From: Candidatus Bathyarchaeota archaeon
GTDB taxonomy: Archaea > Thermoproteota > Bathyarchaeia > Bathyarchaeales > Bathycorpusculaceae
Reading direction: 5' to 3'
NCBI GenBank assembly: GCA_963702095.1
Contig: OY969706.1
Location: forward strand, 1,248,001-1,312,000
Length of the DNA: 64,000 bases
Shown here: piece by piece, positions 18,736 to 29,173 of the stretch
How positions within the stretch are numbered: position 1 is the stretch's first letter
Layout of the letters: every line of letters starts with the position of its first letter
Made by a program: the position numbers and the translations under genes
Notes under the pieces: generated by a model
What the model was told of the DNA's origin: nothing
The model's input: only the letters and a program-made list of their open reading frames with translations
Database searches by the model: none

Positions 18736-20546
18736 TTAAGTTTTGATTTGGCTCCCTAAATCAGCAAAGTTTGCTTTGCAAGCAAAGTACTGGTGCAATA
18801 GTTTGGGCAGGTCAGCGATGGGTGTGCGGACTTGTTGCCAGCTGTCGCGGTCTCGGATTGTAACTGTGCCGTCGCTCAACGTATCATAGTCGATGGTTAT
18901 GCCAAGTTGGACGCCTGCTTCATCCGCCCGCGCGTAACGTCTGCCGATGCTGCCTGTTTCGTCGAAGTCAGTCATGAAGCCTTCACATGCAAGCATCCGT
19001 TGGACTTCTTTGGCTTTAGTGTCCATGCCATCTTTGCTCATCAAGGGGTAAACGCCCACCTGAATGGGTGCAATACTTCGCGGGAAACTCAGCACAACAC
19101 GGTCATCTTTTACGCCATACGCATATTCCAAGGCAACATAGAAGAGGCGGTCGCAGCCGAAACTGGGCTCAACCACATGGGGCACAAACCGTTTGCCACG
19201 CACTGTGGTTTTCTGTTTGCCGATGTCAACTTGTTCCTTTAGGATTTGGTAGCCGTCAACCATTATGCTGCCGTCTTTTGCCATGGCATCCGCCACTTGC
19301 TGGGCAGGAACTTTGGCGAGTGCCGCCGCTGCTTTGCCTGCGTCGCCCTTGTAGACGGGGCCAAATTTAGCCATGAGGGGTTTAACAGCTAATTCCTCGG
19401 TTTCGACGGGATTGGGATATTCCTTGTAAACGGTCATGTCGACGCCGCTGGCTTTCATGTGGCAGGTTAAGTCAAAGTCGGTGCGGTAAGCGTGCCCAGA
19501 CACCTCAACCCAGCCCCAACGGTCAACCAGCACCTCTTGGTCGAAACTCTGCGTGCTGTAATGAGCTTTTTCCCATGTCAATTTTTCGAGGAAACGCTGT
19601 TTCTCCGCTGGGACGCCGAGTTCGGTTAGAAGGCGTTTGGCTTGCGCCATAAAATAGGCTTGCCATTCGCTTTGGATGACGCCTTTGTCGAGTGCTTCGC
19701 GAACGGTGAAGTTTGTGACGTCTTGGCATTCCTTTAGCCGAGTATCACAAAGAAGAATCGGAAGCACTTCGCTTTCAACCTCACAAATCCTGTCGCATGT
19801 TGATTCTTCAGGGTCAAAGAAAAACTCCAAATCCGCGATGGTGAATTCCCGCAGGCGAATGAGGCCTTGGCGCGGCGAAATCTCGTTACGCAGTGCCTTG
19901 CCGATGTTGATACAGCCAAACGGCAGTTTTTCTCGGGCGGCGTTGTAGAGGCGGTTGAACTCCACGAAGATGTTTTGGGCGGCTTCGGGTCTGCCGTAGC
20001 CCACTGAGCCCGCGTAGGGGCCGATGGTGGTTTCGAACATGGTTAGGTAGCGGGTTGGTTCGCCGAAGGTGCCTTTACAGTCTGGACACATAATTTCATG
20101 GCGTATCAGTTCTTCCCTGATTTCGTCCAGAGTCATTTTCTCTGCTTCCGCTGAACTGATACCCTTTTCCTCAAGTAGGTGGTCGGCACGGAACCGTGTG
20201 TGGCAGTTCTGGCATTCGACCATGGGTTCTTTGAAGTGCGCCACATGCCCCGATGCCTCAAACACTTTGGCGGGGGCGATGACTGAGGATTCCATTTCGA
20301 AGATGCCGATTTTTTTAACCATCAAGTCCCGCAGGCGCCCCTCAACATTCTGTTTTAATCGTGCGCCCAGGGTCCGTATGTGACAAAGCCGCCGCTTCCA
20401 CCGTAGATTTCGAAGCTGTTCCAGAAGAAGCCACGGCGCTTAGCCAATTCGTTGACCGCAACGAATTTGTCGCATTCGACTTTGCTGCATTTGACTTCGC
20501 TGCTCAAAGTGATTACCTGTTTTATCCATTTAGGATGCCTTAACAA
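18736..20546 (-). CDS. glyS: Glycine--tRNA ligase (alpha2 type), one frameshift near 20371
   Basis: LAKRRGFFWNSFEIYGG..YGP / ASGHVAHF, RPEAAQNIF, RNEISPRQGLIRLREF, PHVVEPSFG, GSIGRRYARADE; one extra C restores YGPLGARLKQNV. Confidence 0.93.
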
Positions 20547-20591
20547 TTAAAACATTACCATGTCGCAGTGGCTTAGTGGATTTACTGAGGG

Positions 20592-20726
20592 CTGTTTTTC
20601 TAGGTATAAGAAGAAGGAAACGACCGCCCTTACACAACAACTTCCAGCGAACTTGGCTTTGGCGCCTGTTTTGGCGTCAGTATATGGATTGCGTTGCAGG
20701 CTGGTTGTGGATAAATCTACAAGCTG
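20592..20726 (-). repeat. Dispersed intergenic repeat family 2
   Basis: rc CAGCTTGTAG..TCCACAACCAGCCTGCAAC..GGAAG..GTGTAAGGGC..TTCCTTCTTCTTATACCTAGAAAAACA. Confidence 0.75.
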
Positions 20727-20825
20727 TTCAGCGGCTTTTCGAAGTCCAAAAAGCTGGACTTGCCCGTTTAACCGAGTTTTGTTTGGTCTACAAACGAGGA
20801 ATTAAATACTAATTCGCCATGACGC

Positions 20826-21770
20826 TTGCAGGTGAAACCTTTGGGTAGCGAGGGCGAATTTGAAAAGGACCGAGAAAGAGCAGAAGTGTTCGATGCCCTC
20901 GGTCACCCAACGCGGATTCTGATACTAAAAGCCCTCAGCGAAGAGCCCCTTGGCTTCGCCGACCTAAAAAAGAAAACAGGTATCGACAGCAGCGAGCCTT
21001 CAACATCACCTCACCAAACTCAACAGCCTAATCAAAACCGACGCCTATGGCAAATATTGCCTCTCAGACCAAGGCAAAGACGCCCTCTTAACGGTGCAGA
21101 CAGTAGAGAATGCCTCGCCGAAGAATATTGCCTAACCAGAGAAGGCTAGCCGCCGTTTTAGGGGAAGGCGGGGTCTTAAACTGGTGGTTGTTCTTTTTGC
21201 GGTTCTTCTGCTTGTGAGTTCAGCCGTTGCAGTATTGGACTATACTCAAACATTGAACTTGCATATCATTTACCGAAACGTTGTGGTCGGTGAGTTTGTT
21301 AAACTCGACTCAGACTCTTCAATGACTGATTATGTTGCAAACATAACGGACGGCAAAACGGTTGTGGGGTCCATATTCTTCCTCATAACCTCTGCCCCCG
21401 CCAACTCCAGCAGTGCAGATAACCATCAAATTACCTGTCAGCTTATCGCTAAACCCAACTATCAAGTCGGCTCCTTCACACTGACCTTCTCTTCAGGCAG
21501 CAGCAAAGTTTGTCGATGTCAGTCCAACCTTTTGGGTATGGCTATCCGCCGGTAGATTTTTACACCGATAATTTGAACACCGTTTTTAGCTTTAATAACC
21601 TCGGCTCGCTCTATGGCACATACACCCAAGACTTCTTTTTCAACCTCCTATCCAGTCGAGGACTCAACCAAATAAACATAGCAGCCACCATGTCAATGCA
21701 TTACACAACAAACCCACTAACTGAACTCAAAACACAAACATCACTCACCGCACCTATTCCAACAGGATAA
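20826..21770 (+). pseudogene. Membrane-anchored ArsR-type winged-helix regulator with extracellular domain, disrupted
   Basis: FDALGHPTRILILKAL..GFADLKKKTGIDSS / shift / LQHHLTKLNSLIKTDAYGKYCLSDQGKDAL; in-frame TAA 21133-21135 before TM; second shift near 21510. Confidence 0.75.
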
Positions 21771-21840
21771 ACTGAGTTGCTGTTGTTTGCAGTCACACAT
21801 TCTTATTAATGCCTGCAAGCCAATTTTTAGCGGTGATGTT

Positions 21841-22056
21841 TTGGATAAACTAGGCACTCAAAGCTGCATCCGAGATGCCCTCTACCACATAAAAAACGAC
21901 GTCCAATACCCAGCCACCAAAGAGGAAATCATGCGAGCCTGCTCCAACATCAAAGAAGTCCCCTCCCAAGAGCGCGAATGGCTGGACCTCAACATTCCCA
22001 ACCGTACGTTTGGCGACCCCGAAGAAGTAATAATTGCGCTCTTCGACAAAGTGTAG
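21841..22056 (+). CDS. Small helical hypothetical protein (DUF2795/MTH865-like)
   Basis: VQYPATKEEIMRAC..IPNRTFGDPEEV. Confidence 0.7.
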   Translation: MDKLGTQSCIRDALYHIKNDVQYPATKEEIMRACSNIKEVPSQEREWLDLNIPNRTFGDPEEVIIALFDKV

Positions 22057-22061
22057 GGCAG

Positions 22062-22865
22062 CTATGGCTTTTTTGCTTCCACTTCCAGCCTAACCATAGC
22101 CAAATGCACAGTGCCATCAGCATCCGCAGGGTGATTGGCGATGTAGAGGCTAACAATTTCCCCCACAAAACTCTCACGCAACTCAGCAGGCACCCGCTCA
22201 GTAAAAGGCAACCATGTCGTGCGAACCCAACCCGTCATTCCCTCAGCGCTGGGAAACTTCATGTCCCGAGGGAAAAGTTCCACCCGCACCGGCTCCAAAC
22301 CCGCCTGTACCAGCAGTTGCCTGTATTCTTGGGGGTTTAGGAATGCGTAGGGAAAAATGAAGTGGCTGAAGTAGTGTTGCCACTGTGGCATCAAAAGCAG
22401 TTCATCAAAGAGTTGCAGGATAGCCTGAGCGTTGCCTTTGCCTGCCATTTGAAACAGGATTCTGCCGTTGGGTTTTAGGCTTCTCTCAACGCCTTTGAGA
22501 ACCTTTTTCTGGTCCACTATCCAGTGCAGGGCGGCGTTGGAGAATGCTATGTCGAATTCGTCTTGGAAGCTGAGTTCCCGTGCATCCATCAACCTAAAAC
22601 TCAAGTTCGGGTGCTGAGAGCCGCCAAAAGTTGACTGCGCCAGGCTAATCATCTGCGCCGAACTGTCGACCCCTACCCCCTTGCCGCCTGGGAGGCATCG
22701 GGCGATTTCAGCGGTGATTTTTCCGTCGCCGCAACCGACGTCAAGTAAGGCTTCATTGCCCCTAAGTTTGAGTTTGGGAAGGAGCTCTTGTGCCCATTGA
22801 AACTGGTTTTGACTGTTTTTAGCGTAGTCTTTTGCGTCCCAAACATAATTTTTAGGTGCAGACAT
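22062..22865 (-). CDS. Class I SAM-dependent methyltransferase (trans-aconitate MT-like)
   Basis: LLDVGCGDGKIT, FSNAALHW. Confidence 0.9.
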   Translation of the reverse strand: MSAPKNYVWDAKDYAKNSQNQFQWAQELLPKLKLRGNEALLDVGCGDGKITAEIARCLPGGKGVGVDSSAQMISLAQSTFGGSQHPNLSFRLMDARELSFQDEFDIAFSNAALHWIVDQKKVLKGVERSLKPNGRILFQMAGKGNAQAILQLFDELLLMPQWQHYFSHFIFPYAFLNPQEYRQLLVQAGLEPVRVELFPRDMKFPSAEGMTGWVRTTWLPFTERVPAELRESFVGEIVSLYIANHPADADGTVHLAMVRLEVEAKKP

Positions 22866-23067
22866 CTAATCGCCCCTTATGCATTGGGATGGCAGGTGGC
22901 TCTAAAAGCTTTGGTGCGGCAGCGGCCTTTTTTGCCATTTTAGCCTGCAAAGAGCGGATGATTTGCCATGGGGGCGAGCGCTTTTTCCGAAGTTTATTTA
23001 AGGCAAACCCCACATAGCCTCATATAGCGTGGAGCTTTCAATTGCATTTGGAGAAGGTTTGGGCTGG

Positions 23068-24105
23068 ATGAAAAACAAATTATTCACGATTTTACTGATT
23101 AGTTTTTTAGTTTTCTCAACTTTAGGCGTGGTGTTGGCTGAACAGGTACAGTGCCCCAAATGCCATGGCACAGGAGAGATCACGTGCCCAACCTGCGACG
23201 GCACAGGCCAAATCGCCAGCGGCGACAACGCAGCCTGCCCAACATGCGACGGAACCGGCGAAGTTAAAGCAAAAATGACTTTGGTCTCAATGGACCCCCA
23301 CGTTGAGAACGAACAAACAATCGTAAACGCCGTCTACAAAAACCAAGAAGACATCGACGTCACCGCAACCATAACCGCATCCATCCAAGAACACAGCACC
23401 ACCTCACAGGAAATGACTTTTCCCCCAGGCGAAGACGTTCCGGTGACGCTTACGATTGATTTCGTCGGCACCTATTCGATGCTGCAGCTCGTACAGAGCG
23501 TACGCATCTCTGCCGACCCCACAACAATGGTTACTTGCCCCGACTGCGGCGGAACAGGAATCAGCGTCCAAGCACTTTGTCCCGATTGCCACGGAACAGG
23601 AGAGATAACGTGCCCCGACTGCAAAGGCTCAGGCTACGTTGAAGCAGGCTTTCTCACTGGGCGACTCGGCAGCGGACTTAGCCCCACAGTCATCGGCGGA
23701 GCAGGAGCAGGCGTCGCCATCGCTTTAGTCGCTGTTGCCTCGGTTGTGGTGATGAAGAAAAGGCGGATTAGCGAAAAAAGCCTCCGCAAAAAGTCAAGCG
23801 GTGAATTCCAGCAGTGGGTGCTCAAAAAACTCGACGGCACCCCAGCCACCAGCAAAGACATCGCATTGGGCATTGACGGGTACACGCGGCTACACGAACC
23901 CATCGCAATTAAACAATCCGACAGCGTTGGCTTAGCCGTCATCGACAGCTTCGCGGCATCGTTGGCACGTAACCGCGCCCGAGGAGGAACAATTGTGGCT
24001 TTCGGTTTCAGCGACGACGCAGTCAGAGGAAAAATCCGTGCCCGCACTACCTACCGCTTAAACTTAGAGTTGATGACTGTCCAAGACATCATAAACAGAA
24101 GATAA
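23068..24105 (+). CDS. Single-pass membrane protein: six CxxCxGxG Zn-finger repeats outside, Mrr-like PD-(D/E)xK domain inside
   Basis: Signal peptide; CPKCHGTG/CPTCDGTG x2/CPDCGGTG/CPDCHGTG/CPDCKGSG; TM + KKRR; EFQQWV..GIDG..PIAIKQ..VG..IDSF..GTIVAFGFS. Confidence 0.75.
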   Translation: MKNKLFTILLISFLVFSTLGVVLAEQVQCPKCHGTGEITCPTCDGTGQIASGDNAACPTCDGTGEVKAKMTLVSMDPHVENEQTIVNAVYKNQEDIDVTATITASIQEHSTTSQEMTFPPGEDVPVTLTIDFVGTYSMLQLVQSVRISADPTTMVTCPDCGGTGISVQALCPDCHGTGEITCPDCKGSGYVEAGFLTGRLGSGLSPTVIGGAGAGVAIALVAVASVVVMKKRRISEKSLRKKSSGEFQQWVLKKLDGTPATSKDIALGIDGYTRLHEPIAIKQSDSVGLAVIDSFAASLARNRARGGTIVAFGFSDDAVRGKIRARTTYRLNLELMTVQDIINRR

Positions 24106-24113
24106 CCCAAGCA

Positions 24114-24665
24114 CTATACGGGCAAGTGCATTTCGCCCACTGAGTAATACACTATTTCGCCGCGTCGATTCATAACGGCTAAAATCAACTCTTTCTTTTG
24201 AGTCTGGCACTTCTGCAGTGCACCCGCCAAATCATCAATCGGCAATGGCTTACCCTCCTGCGTCCCCAAAATCAAGTAGGGCGCAGTGTCCTTGCCGTAT
24301 GCCCCGCGCTCGTAGATGCGGAAGTCGATGCCGACGCCGAAGCCCTCGCGGACCACGTAGCCTCGGCTGCGTAGGTCGCGGTAGATGAGGTAGTTGACCC
24401 ATGCGTTCTCGTTGACGTTTTCGTAGCAGTGGAGCAGGTTTTGGAAATCCACCGCTGAGCCGTTTGTGTCTTTGACTTCAAGCATGCCTTTGTCTTGGAG
24501 GTAGAGCGATTCAAAAAAGGTCAACGTGAAAGCTTTGTCTTCTAGGGTGCCGTAGCCGCGTTGGGTAAGCGCGTCTATACTGCTCTGCTCGGTTACCTGC
24601 ACGCCTTTCTCAGTTAGGATACCGCTGGTTTGGAATTCCACTGGAGGCTTTTTGGGTTCACTCAT
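24114..24665 (-). CDS. tRNA splicing endonuclease structural (beta) subunit
   Basis: LTFFESLYL..IYRDLRSRGYVVREGFGVGIDFRIY..EIVYY; lacks catalytic His. Confidence 0.8.
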   Translation of the reverse strand: MSEPKKPPVEFQTSGILTEKGVQVTEQSSIDALTQRGYGTLEDKAFTLTFFESLYLQDKGMLEVKDTNGSAVDFQNLLHCYENVNENAWVNYLIYRDLRSRGYVVREGFGVGIDFRIYERGAYGKDTAPYLILGTQEGKPLPIDDLAGALQKCQTQKKELILAVMNRRGEIVYYSVGEMHLPV

Positions 24666-24691
24666 AAGGTACCGCTACTTTTTGGGTGATG

Positions 24692-25714
24692 TTATAGTTT
24701 TCCTTTCTTAAACGCGCCAAAATCCTTGCTATAATACACTTTTGTTTCACAGATAATCGCTGACACATACTTAAGCGGCGTCGCGTCGAAGGCAGGGTTG
24801 TAGACTGCAACTCCATCGGGAGCGGTTTGTTGGCAGCCGACATGGGTGACTTCTTCTGGTTTGCGTTCTTCGATGGTGACGTCTGCGGCTTTACAGGACA
24901 GGTCAAAGGTGGATTTGGGCGCGGCAACATAGAAGGGGATGCCATGTTCATGCGCCAAAACAGCGACTCCGTAGGTGCCGATTTTGTTGAAAACCGCGTC
25001 CTGCACGATGCGGTCGGCGCCGACGATGACTTTGTCTACTAAGCCTTTACTCATACAGTGGGCTGCCATGTTATCAGTGATTAAGGTAACTGGGATGCCG
25101 TCACGTTTCAACTCGTAAGCCGTGAGGCGTGCACCTTGGAGCAGCGGTCGGGTTTCGTCGGCGATGACTTTGATTTTTTTGCCCTCTTCCCATGCCGCGC
25201 GGATAACGCCCAAGGCTGTGCCGTATTCGACGGTTGCGAGTTCGCCTGCGTTGCAGTGGGTCAGAATGGTGTCGCCGTCAGCTATGAGTACGGAGCCGTT
25301 TTTGCCTATGGCATGGTTTTGTGCGGCGTCTTCGTCGGTGATTGCCTGCGCCTCGGCAATGACCGCCGACTTGATTTCTTCAACTGAGCCAGGTGTGGCT
25401 TTGGCTTTTGCCAAGACACGGTCGACGCCCCAGAACAAGTTCACCGCGGTGGGCCTCTGGTTTTTGATTAGGGTGCCTGCGGCTTCAAGTTCTTTGAGCA
25501 GCTGCATGGGGGTTTTGGCTTTGGAGTTGTATGCAGCTAAGGCGACGCCGAAGCCTGCTGCTGCACCCAGAAGGGGAGCACCTCGGACACGGAGCACTTT
25601 TATGGCTTCCGCCATCTGCTCCACCGATTTAATTTCCAATGTGACTTCTTGGAGGGGCAGTTTGGTTTGGTCTGGCGTGATTACGGTGCCGTTTTGCCAT
25701 TTAATCATCCGCAT
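24692..25714 (-). CDS. mtnA: S-methyl-5-thioribose-1-phosphate isomerase (eIF-2B alpha family)
   Basis: DQTKLP, VRGAP, RPTAVNL, THCNAG, ETRPLLQGARLT, NKIGTY, NPAFDATP. Confidence 0.9.
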   Translation of the reverse strand: MRMIKWQNGTVITPDQTKLPLQEVTLEIKSVEQMAEAIKVLRVRGAPLLGAAAGFGVALAAYNSKAKTPMQLLKELEAAGTLIKNQRPTAVNLFWGVDRVLAKAKATPGSVEEIKSAVIAEAQAITDEDAAQNHAIGKNGSVLIADGDTILTHCNAGELATVEYGTALGVIRAAWEEGKKIKVIADETRPLLQGARLTAYELKRDGIPVTLITDNMAAHCMSKGLVDKVIVGADRIVQDAVFNKIGTYGVAVLAHEHGIPFYVAAPKSTFDLSCKAADVTIEERKPEEVTHVGCQQTAPDGVAVYNPAFDATPLKYVSAIICETKVYYSKDFGAFKKGKL

Positions 25715-25740
25715 ACTATTAGCCTCAATGCATATTGCTG

Positions 25741-26178
25741 CTAAGTTGGTGTTTGGGTCGCTTTAAGTTTTTCTGGTGGTAGTCGTGGCTGGATTAGGTC
25801 GATGAGGTTGCCATAGAGGTCTTCGAAAACCGCGTCTTTGCCCCATTCACGGTCTTCTGGATGCGTTATGAAATTGACGCCTTTATCTTTGAGTTCTCTG
25901 TAGTCGCGTTCAAAGTCATCAGTTCGAATAGACAAAAAGACATTGTCGCCTGCTTGTTTACCCACCGCAGCTTCTTTCTCTTCAGTATCCGCCAAAACCA
26001 GCGAAATTTCCACGTCTGGTTGATCTTTGAGCGAAACAGTTAGCCACCGTATGCTCTGAAACCAAACTTTGACATCTAAACGTTTGATGAATCCAAGTTT
26101 TTCAGTGTAAAATTTTAGGGCTTCGTCTTGATCACGTACTAGAAGAACAATATGGCGAAGTATTTTCATAGGATACAC
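25741..26178 (-). CDS. VOC/glyoxalase family protein
   Basis: VRDQDEALKFYTEKLGF..FEDLYGNLIDL. Confidence 0.9.
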   Translation of the reverse strand: MYPMKILRHIVLLVRDQDEALKFYTEKLGFIKRLDVKVWFQSIRWLTVSLKDQPDVEISLVLADTEEKEAAVGKQAGDNVFLSIRTDDFERDYRELKDKGVNFITHPEDREWGKDAVFEDLYGNLIDLIQPRLPPEKLKATQTPT

Positions 26179-26220
26179 TTTCTGCTTATAATAGAAGAAG
26201 AAACGTGGGATAAAACTTTT

Positions 26221-26988
26221 CTAAGAAGTATCAAAGGGGGATTTTAGGTGGGTGACTACTTCCACTGGAGAGTCTTCGCCGCCTTTGAGCCGCTTCTTCC
26301 ATTCCTCACCGACCGCGATAAGCGAGAATATGCCTGAGACTTCCGCCTTGGACTTTTTGACAAGGGTAACGAGGGCTTCTTGGGTTTCGCCGCTCTTAAT
26401 CATGTCGTCCACAACAAGCACCGAGTCACGTTTCTTGATGGATTCTTTGGGAATATAGAGCGTTACTGTGACGCCGCTGTCGCGGCCTAGGATGTAGGTT
26501 TCCTCTAAGAAGGCTTTGACGCCGACTTCTTTGTTACGTTTGGCAACTATGAGGTTGACACCTAATGCGTTGGCAACCATGGTGGCTAAGGGGATGCCGT
26601 CGGTGGCTGCGGTGAGGATTTTCGTGACCCGTTTGCCCGCGAAGTTGGCGAGGGCGTGGTTAGCGGCTTGCTGGAGGATGTTGTAGTCGCCGACGATTTC
26701 GGTGTTGTCAAAGTAGCCGATGTCGTCGAATTTTATTCTGCTACGCAGTTCCGCTTCTAATCCGACGAGTTTGGTTAGTACACGCCAGAGTTGTTTGGCT
26801 CGGGTGGTGTTGGGTAGGACATGGCCTTTGGCGTAGCGGCTCAGCACAGTGACGGGTAAGCCTGTTTTGGAGGCTAACTCGCGGTAGGTGATGTTGCGTT
26901 TATACTTTGCAGTGCGTAGTAACTCGATGGTCATGAGGCGAAGTTTTAGGTCTTCTGCGTGAGTGCTCAATTTTCCCTTTACTCCCAA
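26221..26988 (-). CDS. HTH + phosphoribosyltransferase (PurR-like regulator)
   Basis: TYRELASKTGLPVTVLSRYAKGHVLP; VLVVDDMIKSGET. Confidence 0.85.
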   Translation of the reverse strand: MGVKGKLSTHAEDLKLRLMTIELLRTAKYKRNITYRELASKTGLPVTVLSRYAKGHVLPNTTRAKQLWRVLTKLVGLEAELRSRIKFDDIGYFDNTEIVGDYNILQQAANHALANFAGKRVTKILTAATDGIPLATMVANALGVNLIVAKRNKEVGVKAFLEETYILGRDSGVTVTLYIPKESIKKRDSVLVVDDMIKSGETQEALVTLVKKSKAEVSGIFSLIAVGEEWKKRLKGGEDSPVEVVTHLKSPFDTS

Positions 26989-27151
26989 ATACGCTTATAC
27001 ACTTATGCGTCAAATAATATATTGTTAGTTAATACTGTATCTTGAAGATTTATAACTTTCCGTTAAAAACTCAGGCAAGAAAATGAAAAGTTAAAAATGC
27101 TCCTTGGAGGCTTTAGTATTTGCTAAACTGCTCGCTTATTTAACCAAGCGA

Positions 27152-28153
27152 CTAAATCATTGAGACAAAACTGCCTATGCCTCTTTTAATAGCTTTGTCA
27201 TAGGCAATTTTCGCCGTGACAGCATCCTGCACAGCCAAACCAGTTGAGGTGAAAACAGTAATTTCTTCATCGTCTATTCTGCCCGCTTTCAAGCCAGCGG
27301 TGATTTCACCGATTTCAGCCCACACATCATCCCTAGTGAAGACTTTATCCTGGAGCAGCAAGGGAACATTTATTTCACCACAGTGAGAAGCCTGCTCCCA
27401 ATCGTCAATAACAGTCTTTGCCCGCTTCAAAATCAGCGGATCAAGCTCTTCTTTTCGTAGCGCGTCAGCGCCGATACAGTTGATATGCATCCCCGGAGAA
27501 ATCATGTCATCGAGCACCAGCGGCACCTTTGAAGGGGTTGTGGTGACAACTATATCTGTGCCTTCCACGGCATCTTTAACTTTTTGTTCAAGAACAAACT
27601 TGCATGCATGACCATATTCCTTTTCAGCTTCGGTTAGAAAAGCGCTTTCTGTTTGAGGATGCCTGCTCCAGATACGGACCTCTTCGAGGTTCTTGAAAAC
27701 TTCAAAAAGCGCCATCAACTGCGTGCGAGCCTGTGCTCCGGCGCCCACGAAACCGACGACTTTAGAGTTTTTTCTGGCGAGATATTTTGCTGCAATGCCG
27801 CCTGCGGCGCCTGTTCTCATATCCGTCAAGGTTGTGCCACCCATTATTGCAAGGGGAAATCCCTTTGAGGGGTCGATTAATACTATGACTGCCATAACCG
27901 TGGGAAGTTTATGTTTAGAGGGGTTGTCTGGGTGAACATTTACGATTTTCACGGCTGAGATGTCGAGTTCTTCGAGGTAACTGGGCATTGTTCGCAAGTC
28001 GCCGTTGTATTTATCGTAGGTTAAGTAGACCTTCGCAGGCATCTGAACCCGACCCAACCCCTTTTGCTTGAAAGCTAATTCAACTGCCTCCATAACCTCC
28101 GATATTGAGAGAAGTTGTTTCACTTGATCGTCCGTTAGCAGTAGAGTCTCCAA
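27152..28153 (-). CDS. ala: Alanine dehydrogenase (ornithine cyclodeaminase/mu-crystallin family)
   Basis: GDLRTMP, KIVNVHPDN, TDMRTGAAG, GAGAQARTQ, STGLAVQD. Confidence 0.85.
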   Translation of the reverse strand: METLLLTDDQVKQLLSISEVMEAVELAFKQKGLGRVQMPAKVYLTYDKYNGDLRTMPSYLEELDISAVKIVNVHPDNPSKHKLPTVMAVIVLIDPSKGFPLAIMGGTTLTDMRTGAAGGIAAKYLARKNSKVVGFVGAGAQARTQLMALFEVFKNLEEVRIWSRHPQTESAFLTEAEKEYGHACKFVLEQKVKDAVEGTDIVVTTTPSKVPLVLDDMISPGMHINCIGADALRKEELDPLILKRAKTVIDDWEQASHCGEINVPLLLQDKVFTRDDVWAEIGEITAGLKAGRIDDEEITVFTSTGLAVQDAVTAKIAYDKAIKRGIGSFVSMI

Positions 28154-28277
28154 TTAATCCACCTCAAAACTCAAATAATTACTCTGTAGAAATCGTTAAT
28201 ATAATTATGCGTATTCTGGGGTAACTGGCAATTTTTTAGGCTTGAGCAACAACAGTGTTTTTTAAATTGAACCGCAA

Positions 28278-28859
28278 ATGCTATACAACAAAGGGGGAAA
28301 AGGGACGCATCGCATACAGAAACTGTTCATAATCGCCTTGTTCGGCGCCATCATCTTCGTCGGCAACATGTTCCTGCCGCCGCCACTCAACTACCTCATA
28401 ATCGTCGTCCAAGCCGTCCTCCTCGCACTGAGCACGCTGTTCATCCACAAAATCGGAGCCATGTACGTCGGCGCAGTCGGCGGCTTACTCACCGCGTTGG
28501 GCAGCCCAGCTTTGGGGCCCTTCACATTTTTCTTCGCCTTCCTCTACGGCTTCTACGTGGACCTCTCTGTCTACCTCTTCAAAATCAACGGTTCCCGAAC
28601 TGGAGTCAACGAAAAAAGACTCATAGCCGCCATGTCAATCAGCACCCTACTGATCGCATTTTCAAGCTACCTCGCTTTCTCTATGGCGCCTGCTTTCTCC
28701 TCCGCACAAGGCTTAAGCTATGCGGGACTCTTTATCCAGCGCAGCCCCATGCTTGATGCACTTGTCCTCTTTATGGGTCCGGCAACGGGCGCAGTTGCCG
28801 GTTACGCGGCGGCGTATCTATGGAACAAGTACCTGCGGCACATGAGCTTCACTGCTTGA
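28278..28859 (+). CDS. Membrane protein, ECF S-component-like
   Basis: Five to six TM helices, small size. Confidence 0.6.
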   Translation: MLYNKGGKGTHRIQKLFIIALFGAIIFVGNMFLPPPLNYLIIVVQAVLLALSTLFIHKIGAMYVGAVGGLLTALGSPALGPFTFFFAFLYGFYVDLSVYLFKINGSRTGVNEKRLIAAMSISTLLIAFSSYLAFSMAPAFSSAQGLSYAGLFIQRSPMLDALVLFMGPATGAVAGYAAAYLWNKYLRHMSFTA

Positions 28860-29121
28860 AAGTGGCTTTGATTTTTTCGTCAACCAGCTGGGCAATCATC
28901 AAATTAGAGATGAAAACGCAGCGGACACCCAAAAGCTCGGCGAGTTCAGCGGGTTTTTGGTCCTGCGTCACCAAAAGCAAGCCATGTTTGCGGGCGTACT
29001 CCACGACGCCGCGGTCTTTGGCTGCCTTGAGCCCCGCTTCCTGTGCAGTGACCACTTCGTAGCCGAGGGTTTCAAAGTATTCTTTTAAGCCAGCGTACAT
29101 CTCGTCGAGTAAAAGCTTCAT
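28849..29121 (-). CDS. DUF5615/Mut7-C PIN-like protein
   Basis: MKLLLDEM..LGYEV..AKDRGVVEYA..LLVTQD. Confidence 0.8.
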   Translation of the reverse strand: MKLLLDEMYAGLKEYFETLGYEVVTAQEAGLKAAKDRGVVEYARKHGLLLVTQDQKPAELAELLGVRCVFISNLMIAQLVDEKIKATFKQ

Positions 29122-29173
29122 AGGCACCGCTACTTCAAAGGAGGCAAAAATATTTAGGGTTTGCCCAAAAGGG

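Noticed and set aside
20355-20380. Programmed frameshift or pseudogene in glyS
   Set aside because: A single missing base in a short homopolymer of an essential gene with no slippery heptamer. The same error type occurs in the P-type ATPase, so a sequencing error is most likely.
22870-22980. Alternative pairings in the divergent promoter region
   Set aside because: Short GU-rich stems with no second copy or known motif.
25122-25766. Long antisense ORFs (also 31004-31504, 40187-40708, 56704-57120 and others)
   Set aside because: Shadows of well-supported genes on the opposite strand.
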